Part shown: one piece after another, positions 54,352 through 64,000 of the stretch
How positions within the stretch are numbered: position 1 is the stretch's first letter
Layout of the letters: each line of letters starts with the position of its first letter
Notes under the pieces: model-generated
What the model saw: only the letters and a program-made list of their open reading frames with translations
What the model was told of the DNA's origin: nothing
The model's database searches: none
Made by a program: the position numbers and the translations under genes
Origin: Octopus vulgaris
Taxonomy: Eukaryota
Reading direction: 5' to 3'
Length of the DNA stretch: 64,000 nt
Assembly: GCA_951406725.2 (NCBI GenBank)
Contig: OX597818.1
Location: 34,844,001 to 34,908,000, forward strand

Positions 54352-55957
54352 GTAAGTGATGTTATTTTAAATTTAAAGGGTTTTGTTTTTTTTGGTTTTT
54401 TAATGTTTGTATGTGCATAGTTAGGAATAATAGAATAGGGATCACTTAACTCATCGAAGGATTGTAGCCTTTAAAATTTGAATATCTTTGAAAAACATGA
54501 GAATTTTTTATAATCAGTTCATCATGTTATATTACATGAGAGTCCTTGAGTCTAAATGGATTTCCCCAGACAAACTGCAGTCACAGATATATAGCATTAG
54601 TATTCCACTACATTGTAGATTAAACTATTGACTCAAAGACTCAAGTTTGGATTCCCTTTCCTAAAGGTAAACCAACTGACTTGTGGAGCAGACTAGTAAG
54701 TTAAAGATTCTAAATAAGGTCTATCAAATAGATATATATATATTTTAGGCAACCTAGGAGTAACATGACTAAATATAATCATTTCACCTGCAGCTCTTGA
54801 TAACTTTACTGCAATCGTAACTTTTCATCCACCTTTCTTTTCTTTATTTTGTGTTCACTGTTTTCTTTTCTTAATGTTGATCAGTGTTATACAAGCATCT
54901 GGAAGAATCTGATATTTTTTTAATCATACACTGATAACAACTGACTCTAGACTTCCCTTTATGTGCAAGAAATCACAACTGTTTGTGTATAGTGGCCTGA
55001 ACATGTGAAATGATTTAACTTGGGTCAAAAAAAAAAACATTCATATAAAACAAATTAATGTAGAAAAGGCTGTACAGTTATCCTTACCAATTGTGTCTTT
55101 GTATGTCTATGTGTTCATATGTTTATGCATACTTGCCCAAGAGTATACTTGCTTGTATACAAGGGAAATTAACTTCCTTGTTTTTTTATTCATTTATATT
55201 AATTACATTAATTTCTTTAATCTTCTTCATCATTTATTTCAGCTTTCTTATCCCATCTTTTCTTTGCTTTTACCCACACCCCTCTTTTCTTATTCTTCTC
55301 CTGCCTGCCTGTAATAGAAGCGTTACAACAAACATTGTCGTGAATTAATAAAGCTTTTCAAGTGTGCAGTAACCCTAAATCTTAACCTGCGACGTATCGT
55401 AAGGCAGCTGTAAATGTTTGTTGTAATAAAGGTAACTGGACAATTGCAAATGTTTGTTGGTATCACTGACCAAAACTCAGTGCATGCAATCAGCAGACTG
55501 GACAGATGGGAAAAGAATAAGATGCTTGAAAAAATGAATTCTCATGAAACTATTTTAAGTTTTATATGCAAACATACTCTATAGACATGCATATGTCTGA
55601 AAAAGTCTTCAGCATGACATTTAGTGCAAATGTCCATCTCATCAATACTTAAAGCTACTTGTTATTTTCCCAGGTTCTGAGAGTATTGTTTGGAAGTGTA
55701 TTGATTGGTAATAACCTATGATCTTAGGTACATTGTATATTGATCAGTTTATAGCATTGATCAATTCTAAAGCATCTCTGGAGTATTTACAATAATTTGC
55801 CACTCATGTGAAACATACTTGAATATTAAATCAAGCAAATGTTGCAATATAGCTTTAAAGTAATTTGATTTGGAGATTCAAATCAAGCCAGCTTAACTTT
55901 GTTTGTAAATGTTGGACTTGATGAAAGAAAACTACTTGTAACCATTGTCATTGGCAT

Positions 55958-55989
<32 letters not shown>

Positions 55990-56979
55990 TTGGAGCATGC
56001 TTCTTTCTCCTTTGACATAAACCATGATTCTGTTAGAATATAACTTAAGCTATATCTGATATAGTGTAATAGAGCTGTTGTTTCAATATGCTAAGTATTT
56101 CTAGAACAAAATCCATTTGATTACTCACCCATCTCCAAACAGTGTCCAAACTCATGATTAGTCAGAATAATTGATTTTTTTCAATTATCTTATGATAAGT
56201 CCTGAAACTCATTGTGACTGTTTCATTCTTATTGTTATTGTTTACCTATTAAACATCTATTCTATTTAGTATGGCAATATGCCAGTACCCTATGTTCTAC
56301 CATCTTCCCTAAGGCCTTCAATTGAAAGCTAATAGTGTACTAGCACTTGCGAACATCCAGTTAAGTAAAAGGCAGGTGTGCTACCAATATTTTTACACAA
56401 ATGATAAACAAGTAGTTTTAGGAACAATTTTCATTTTTTGTATGCAGCTTTTGCTTTTCACAAATAAAAATATGCTAAATACATATATATATATATATAT
56501 ATATTATATTAAATTAGAGACAAAACTTGTGGTAATTAGCTTTTTACATGTTGGAAAAACTTAGGTAATCAAAAATTGATAATAATTGATTCTTAAAAAG
56601 AACTAAGAAACAAATTAAATTAAACATCACTCTTCCTTTTTACAAATTGATGTGCTTTTTGAAAATTCCATTTTTTTTTCTCATATGTTATTCTGTTAAA
56701 GAAAATTTACGATGTACTTTGTCTTACATTTTACTATTCACAAAAATTAAGTCTAATCTTCTAAACATGTTTTGATTCCCATTATTTTCAGTTGACTTTA
56801 CTTTTTATTATGTTTATCTATTTTTTGTAATTGTAACCTTTTTGTGTGTTTGAACCTCTGTAATATTTCTTTCTAAACATGATTGTAAAATCATTTTGTT
56901 GAGTATAAGAGTTTTTTCTTTGAATTTTTAAAATACCTATTTATTTTTGCATTCAAACTATTTTAAACCATTCATATAG

Positions 56980-57165
56980 CTTGTGAATTGCAAGCAGAAT
57001 CTGAAAAATTGGAACAGAACCATTCAGGTAGTCATTCTGTATCAAAGAAAAAAGTACGCAAACGTCGTCGGCAAATAGGTAGTACGTCTGAAACACCAGT
57101 ACAACGACCAGGTGCCGATTCTAAGTCAAAGGCAAAATCAGTCACTCCTTCCTCACCTTCAAAAA
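56980..57165 (+). CDS. GRAMD1: GRAMD1 exon, basic/Ser-rich linker (ACELQAESEKLE...KKKVRKRRRQ...PSSPSK)
   Basis: TAG acceptor ending at 56979, A|GTAAGT donor, 186 nt, phase 1-1, open frame. Confidence 0.88.
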
Positions 57166-57450
57166 GTAAGTTAAAAAATGGTTCATTTTCCAATCAGATT
57201 CTTGTCTTTCGTTTATTCTTTAATTTAAATTCCTCCATGTCTTTTTCATTTCTCATACATTTTATTACTTCGTTGCATTTTTGTATTAGTTGCAATCCCC
57301 TTTGTTGTCTCTCAAATGAGGCATCATCACCAAAAGTAAAGATTGTGGTGTTTAGATTTTTCTAGATGATTACCTACTTAACTACTAACCAGGCCTGATT
57401 TTTCATGTAACTGCTGTGATTTTATGAGTACTGTTACTTTCAGCATGGTA

Positions 57451-57670
57451 CAGTAATCCCTCATCATATCGCAGTTCACCTATCATGGTTTATTATTTAA
57501 GCTTATGTCAATTCCTCCATGGTGTTGTTTTGCATTTATAATAAAATATATACAAATTATAAAAATAATTGAGAAAGAACATACAGTACAGTGCTGTTTT
57601 TACTAAGTAGATTTTCACCTATCGTGGGGTGTTTTGGAACATAACACCCGCAATAGTTGAGGGATTACTG
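57451..57670. mobile_element. Tigger/pogo-type MITE
   Basis: TA|CAGTAATCCCTC ... GAGGGATTACTG|TA perfect 12-bp TIRs with TA duplication, 220 bp. Confidence 0.85.
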
Positions 57671-58248
57671 TATTGCCATCAAGATGGCATAAAGTAACTT
57701 AATACACACACACACACACATATACTCCTTATACTCCTTCTTTAGTGAAGGTAATTTTTCTATCAGATTGTCATCTGGCTTTTATTGAAATAATTGCTCA
57801 TTGCTGAGCAATCTGCCAGTTACTCTGTTGTGAAATAAGTACTGGCTGCTTGAAAATGTATTTGTTGCACTCAAATACAAGCTTCATTAGTATTTAATTC
57901 TTTGATTTTTAATAAAGAAATTGACAAACATTCGAGCCATTTTAAAATGTTAGATTTTATTTAAATATTATTGTTTACTTGCCAGCCCCACTGACCTAGA
58001 TATGAAATTAACATGTTTATAGAATTATATTGCCATTTTAGATACTTTCCTAAGGGGGTGTTTGAATGACAGTAAATATTTTGTATTTTTTAGTGTCAAT
58101 TTGCAACTCCTTGTAGAATTTGAACAAGAAAATCTTGTTCTAACTTGAAATATCTCTGAAATGAGCCAACTTCTTTCACTTCATATTTTTTTAATGTTAT
58201 TTGAAACAAACCATTTTCTTTTTCTGTGTATGTGTGTCTATGTAAGTC

Positions 58249-58250
<2 letters not shown>

Positions 58251-58287
<37 letters not shown>

Positions 58288-58302
58288 ATGTGTGTGTGTG
58301 TG
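58251..58302. repeat. (TG)n microsatellite
   Basis: Direct reading; ends about 115 nt upstream of the 58419 acceptor. Confidence 0.95.
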
Positions 58303-58418
58303 CACTTAAGTTAATTTACTTTCTGTTAATTTACTTAAAAGCAGTCTTTATTAGTTTAGTTAGTTTAGCTCTGTTATCTACTATGTTCTATTTACTCTAT
58401 TTCATTCTGTTGTTTCAG

Positions 58419-58488
58419 GTCAGTTATCAAAAGATGAAAAGATTATTAAACTCAATGCTGACACAATGATCAGAATAGTTTGTTTTGT
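58419..58488 (+). CDS. GRAMD1: GRAMD1 exon, juxtamembrane region and TM start (SQLSKDEKIIKLNADTMIRIVCFV)
   Basis: TTTCAG acceptor, GT|GTAAGT donor, 70 nt, phase 1-2 bridging the flanking exons. Confidence 0.88.
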
Positions 58489-59811
58489 GTAAGTATTGTT
58501 GCATTTACAATTGTTTTCCAAATACTTTCTTCACTATCAATTGTTAAAACTGTGGAAGAAATGAGAATTAATTTCAATTAGCACCCTGCTCCATTTTTTT
58601 TTTAATCCCTGTTTTGTCTTTTATCCTTTTGGGATTGATAAAATGTGTACTAGTAATGCACTGGTACTTGTTCAACCAGTTATATTCTTTCCTATGAAGC
58701 TGGGTTTTCTTTATCTTACAACAAAAGGATATGGCTTTAAATTAACAATTTTATTATCTGCTTTTCTCTCTCCAACTTACTCATACATATGCACAAATAA
58801 CCTCCAGGCATGTGCACAAATGCCTACTGGCATGTGCACATATGCATGCATACACACCTAAATTTTCCAAGAATGTAAAATTATTAGTAAGATGTTTTAC
58901 TTTTTGTACAGATCAAATTATTGTTTCCTTGTTTGAAAACCAAATAAAGCTATCAGTAGCTATCACACAACACCCCAGTGATATTTTTCATTTGATGTGA
59001 TGAGATTAAAATTTAAAATATCATATTCAAAGGTACTGATAAAAAAAGATGAAATAGATAAGAGATTGAACATTAGAAATTACTAACTTTTATTATTGAA
59101 AAATGATATGAATGGATATAATACTGGTTGCTTCTTTATATCAAGCATTTTTGGTCATTATGAAGATTTATTAGTTTAATGTCTTTTTATATCTTTGAAA
59201 CTTAATGTTGTTGTTTTTTTTGCTGGGGCTGGGATGGGGAGTGCAGAGATTTAGCTAAGATAAGCATCTTGCTATCCCATTAATCAACTAAGAGAATCCT
59301 GACATTTCTACTTAACTACATAAAAAAGAAAAAGAAAATATGCCTTCCGGGTTATGAAAGGTTTTTATGATGATAAGCAGATAAATAAATCTCTTGCTAA
59401 ATAAGCCTTCAGTTTATTGCAGATAACATTTTTAAATCACCTAGCTCCTAGTCATGTAAATTATGTGCATTAAGATGCTAAGAATTTAGTGAAAGGCCTC
59501 AGAACAACTGTAGTGAAGTTGAACTCAAGGTCTATGGGTTGACAGGGCTATATCATATCCATTCAACAACTTCAGTTTTGTACTTGCATTAATTTGAAGA
59601 TTGATTCCAAATCTAAAATTTCACCTTAATGCCAAATAATTGTAAGTTCTATAAGGTGCAGATATACACATGCACACATGTATATTATGACTCATACACT
59701 GTTCACTTTCCTGACTCTTGTACATAATTTTACGTACTGTACATGCACCTTTGATGAGTTGTAGTGCACCTGAGCACTATACACAATAATTTCATTATTA
59801 TTATCATTATT

Positions 59812-59970
59812 ATGGCTATGTGGTTGCAAAATTTACTTGGCAACCACATGGTTTCAGATTCAGTTTCACTGCTATGGTGCAGGCAAGCATCTTCTACTAA
59901 AGCCCTTGGCTGACCAATACTTGAAAGTGAAATTGATTAATAGAAACTGTAGGAAGCCCATTTTGTGTGC
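59812..59970 (+). mobile_element. Decayed SINE family 3 head
   Basis: GGCTATGTGGTT...CAACCACATGG...GCAAGCATCTTCTACTA...GACCAA...GAAACTG..GGAAGCCC. Confidence 0.6.
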
Positions 59971-60191
59971 GTTTACAACCTACTATGATGCTTCGCTGTG
60001 GATGAAATAAGAAAGTAAGCAAACACATTGCTTGCTACTGATGTACAGAAAAAGAAACCGTTTCACCATTTTATTAACTACTTCTCAAAGAAGACATACC
60101 ATGCTACCTTCCCCAGTAAATATCACAGAACATTCAGCTGCTTTATAAAGCAGTTGTAAATTAGGCTAGCACCATTGTGGATACCTTAATT
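59931..60191 (+). repeat. 261-bp local direct duplication, copy 1 (probable donor)
   Basis: Aligns base by base to 63193-63454 with about a dozen or so differences. Confidence 0.95.
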
Positions 60192-60507
60192 TGTACATTT
60201 GTGCTTTTGGTGCTTTGTCATAAACTAAACATCATCTATTTTATACACAATGTGACAGGAATCAAAATAACTGAAATAAATTTAAATATTGCAAAGCCTT
60301 GTTGTAGGTGAAATAAGAATGTAAATACATTTTTTCTATGTTTCTTATGTGCTGAAAAAAGAGGTAGGAGTCTCCTGATGGACAATGTGTATGAGTGCAA
60401 ATGTGCATGAGTGTTACCATCCCATGGCTTTTCTTGAGTGAAACACTTATATGATGATTACATTCTTTGTTGACATTGTGCCTGGTCTTACTGCACATTT
60501 GAAGCCC

Positions 60508-60880
60508 TCATCATCATTTAACATCCATTTTCCATGCTGGCATGGATTGGATGGTTTGATAGTTACTAGCCAGATGAAGAGCTGCCCAGTTTCCATGTCT
60601 GTTTTGGCATGGTTTCTATGGCTAGATGCCCTTCCTAACGCCAACCACTTTACAGAGTGTACTGGGTACTTTTACACAGTACCAGCACAGTTATGTTTCT
60701 GTGACACCGGTACAGGTACTTTTTACATGGCACCAGCACCCATGTGCCTGCAAGATAAGGAATTCTCAGCTGGAGAGGGATGCAGGGGACATTCCTGTGT
60801 GCAAGAACAACCATGCTTTTACTTAGCTTGATGTTTCTTCTCAAGTACAGTGAACTACTTGAAGTCTCGGTCTCCTGCGA
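60508..60880 (-). mobile_element. Family 4 copy
   Basis: (CAT)n TTTAACATCCATTTTCCATGCTGGCATGG...GATGCCCTTCCTAACGCCAACCAC. Confidence 0.7.
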
Positions 60881-61358
60881 AGTGAAAAACCTCTTACTTG
60901 AAAAGCAGGTATAGGTTAGCTACAAGAACATTGTTCAAAATCCTGTTTGAAATATGTTCCCATTTAATTGACACTTGCATGAAAAAAGGAAGGACATTAA
61001 AAGAATGAGTGATTGAAGTAAACACTACAACTTTCTAAATTATAATGTATCAGAATATATATTCAAAATGGCAGAGAATAAACATTTCAACACCTGTTGT
61101 TAACAGATATCCATAATCAGCTCTGCATGAATAGATTTTTGTATGGAGTAGTCAATTAAAGATATGAGTCAATATTTTTAGTAACAGCCATGTTAGAGTG
61201 TGTCATTTTAAATTGCAGGAACTGCCATTCTGTTATAAAGTTTGCATGAAAAATACTTTAGTTTCTACAGTGAACAGGACAAAAATATTTCTTAAAATCT
61301 CCTGTTATCTCATCTGTTTTATTAATGATGTTTTTATGTGAAATTTCCTTTATTTCAG

Positions 61359-61472
61359 ATTGGTACTGCTTGTCATGTTTAATGCAGTATTGTTTTATAA
61401 ACTATGGTCTTTAGAAAGTTATGCCAACACAATATATTTACCATACTTAAAGAATGGTCTTCAAAATAAAGA
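61359..61472 (+). CDS. GRAMD1: GRAMD1 transmembrane exon (LVLLVMFNAVLFYKLWSLESYANTIYLPYLKNGLQNK)
   Basis: TTTCAG acceptor, GA|GTAAGT donor, 114 nt, phase 2-2; LVLL...N..LFYKLW.LE signature. Confidence 0.93.
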
Positions 61473-61689
61473 GTAAGTTAATGACTTATTATTATTTTAA
61501 ACTTGATTCTCTACTTTTCACTATTTATGTTAGAATAAAGTGTCACCACACATTATTTTTGAATTTTTTTTTCTATTTCTTAAATAATTTTCTCAGGAGT
61601 GGATGTTAATTATCCCCAGCATATGTAGTTAGGCTGATGGCTAAGACCATTGTATGAGGTATATTCCTTCTTCAAGACCACTGTACATT

Positions 61690-63560
61690 CTTAAAGCCCT
61701 ACTACCTCATGTCTGATTCTTTTGGTACTTTGCCAAAAGAATCTTCCCTAACTTTGCAGAATCTCCTTTTTTTTTACCCATTTTCCATCTGACTTTAAAC
61801 TATACACAATAAACATCCTCCAAAACTATCCTTTTCCACTTCACCATGCACACATACATGCCATGTTGTGAAAGTTTCTCTGGTCAGTTCAAACCAATGA
61901 GTCCAATGATCTTGTGACAATGCCCCTTCTATTACCCACACCAAACTTTTCAATGTATCCTTCTCTCTTTATCTACAAGCATATATCCTGATCTTTGAAA
62001 GCACACTCTTATATGTCCCATTCCCAATAAGTTAACCCCATTTCCAGTATCTCAAAAGTAATAGACAACAATCAAAAACAACTTTCTCCAACTTCTTGAA
62101 CCTCCTTTGCTTCTTAATCACCATCAGTACAGTTGACATGATGCCACAACTGCTGGAAATTTACTGTTCTATGTTATTCACAAGTGAAATCTCATCCTTG
62201 AGCAATGTAGAAATAGTAGTGTTGTTACCTTCAACTTCAACAAAATTTTTAGCCTTGTTAGGCTTGTAACTATCCTATCAAACTGCTATCCTATGCCCCA
62301 TATCCACTTTTCACCTGATGGACTGGTGGTTTTCTTTCAAAGACTATATAGTCATGTGTTCTAATAAAGTTCTTTCTGACACCTTATCAATTTTGGTGTT
62401 CTCCAGGGTTTGATTTTGGTCCCCATGCTCTTCCTCTTATACATCAATGATCCATTTACTGTCACTTGCAATAATGCCTACACATTTACAGAAACTTGTA
62501 TCTGAACAACTGCAGCTGTTTTGGAAATATTTGATAAAATATATACGGTTGTGTTTAGTTTGATGTACATTCACTAGCAAGCACTTTATGAGCCTGCACT
62601 CCACCACTAACATCAAAATATCAAACCTACCTTGCTACACACAAAAGAACTGCATTTGTTAAACAAATGGAGATAAATAAACACTATATACACACACACA
62701 CACACAGAGAGATTTTATCTGCCAATATGTGAACATATATATATATATATATAAACACTACGCTCATTATTATATTAGGAGATATACACCAATACCCTTG
62801 TATGCATATTTTTAAAGAAACTCTGGTAACAGTGAGGCTGCATTTACATTTTCATCTCAAAGAATTGTAATATGATACAACACTTCATTCTTACCTACCC
62901 TTCTGCATCCAGATATCATCCATTTGTAACGTAGCCACTTCACATCAAATCTGCACTGACTCCATGAACAGAAGATCTTGGAAACTTCCTCCATTGGTGT
63001 CCTGCCAATCTTGTTTTATTCCTACCAAAAGGATACAATCAACACACATACCATTAAAGAATATTGCACCTCCTCATCTCCTAAACATGTTTACCACATA
63101 ATTAGAACCCTTAAGGTTGCTAAAAATGTCAAACTTTACCATCACTAACAATCTCTCCTGATTAATACACTCCCTCAAACACAGACTTCATCAATTGATT
63201 AATAGAAACTGTAGGAAGCCCATTTTGTGTGTGTTTACAATCTACTATGATGCTTTGCTGTGATTGAAATAAGAAAGTAAGCAAGCACATTGCTTGCTTC
63301 TGATATACAGAAAAAAGAAACCGTTTCACCATTTTATTAACAACTTCTCAAAGAAGACATACCCTGCTTCCTTCCCCAGTAAATATCACAGAACATTCAC
63401 CTGCTTTATAAAGCATTTGTAAATTAGGCTAGCACCATTGTGGATACCTTAATTCATTGTTTCCAAGTACTTCAACCTCCAACAACTATTAACTCTCTAC
63501 AAAGCTCAGGTAAAACTCACATTAGGTAACTGCTCCCTTATCTGGAATGTAGTTGCTTAT
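61690..63560 (+). mobile_element. Highly decayed CR1/L2-group LINE ORF2 remnant
   Basis: RT motif remnant GV.QG..LVPMLFLLYIND at about 62395-62452 and LLTLYKAQVKLTLGNCSLIW at about 63487-63546; many stops and frameshifts. Confidence 0.65.
63193..63454 (+). repeat. 261-bp local direct duplication, copy 2 (inserted in LINE remnant)
   Basis: AATTGATTAATAGAAACTGTAGGAAGCCC...TGGATACCTTAATT has the same ends as copy 1. Confidence 0.95.
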
Positions 63561-63735
63561 ACACAGAAGTCCTAGAACCCCACTTAAAAAAACAATTTAT
63601 ACAAAAATAAAATAGGTTGTTTTGAACCAGCACACTGTTGGTTTGGACAATGACAAGACACTGACAGTATAATGCATGTAAAGTCTGAATGTTTTGCCTC
63701 AGCGTTTCATTATATTATTCTTATTGTTATTGCAG

Positions 63736-63856
63736 TAATTACCCACAGAATCAGGAAGAGTGGGCTGAGCTGTTAAAACAACAACAAGTATTACATGAAA
63801 GTGAACTAGAACGATGGAGAGAAATTCTATCAGCGGCTGTTATATTAGTAGATCAA
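63736..63856 (+). CDS. GRAMD1: GRAMD1 luminal amphipathic-helix exon (NYPQNQEEWAELLKQQQVLHESELERWREILSAAVILVDQ)
   Basis: TGCAG acceptor, CAA|GTGAGT donor, 121 nt, phase 2-0; conserved C-terminal helix motif. Confidence 0.94.
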
Positions 63857-64000
63857 GTGAGTATTGAAGGATTTCATATGTCATACTGCCATCATTGTTT
63901 TAACGTACACCTTCCATGCTTGCATGAGTCAAATGGACTTTAAATAAGGCAGGTTTTCTATGGCCAAAACTGTTTCCAAGCAAGATAATATTTCCCAGCG

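Noticed and set aside
55955-55990. (CAT)n(CAG)n tract, possible polyQ/polyH exon
   Set aside because: Intronic; no flanking splice sites, and the gene model is complete without it.

Overview
AT-rich, repeat-dense animal genomic DNA. The SINE families present and the abundant (CA)n/(TA)n/(CAT)n microsatellites point to an octopus or other coleoid cephalopod; this is an inference. Almost every ORF in the supplied track is spurious. The real coding content is the middle and 3' part of one + strand multi-exon gene, a GRAMD1/Aster-family ER sterol transporter. Nine exons between 31018 and 63856 were assembled by hand; all have GT-AG boundaries and compatible phases. They encode an acidic linker, a VASt/StARkin domain, a basic linker, a TM helix and a luminal amphipathic helix. 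The GRAM-domain exons and the last exon lie outside the window, so 1-31017 is probably one very large intron. The introns hold a full-length but defective DD34D mariner, a 3.1-kb non-autonomous Helitron-like element with an internal foldback, TTAA (piggyBac-type) and TA (Tigger-type) MITEs, at least four SINE families and decayed LINEs. I found no convincing new multi-gene system. The best second-look items are a frame-preserving 57-nt candidate cassette exon, a 61-nt pre-miRNA-like intronic hairpin, and a 261-bp local duplication flanking the TM exon.
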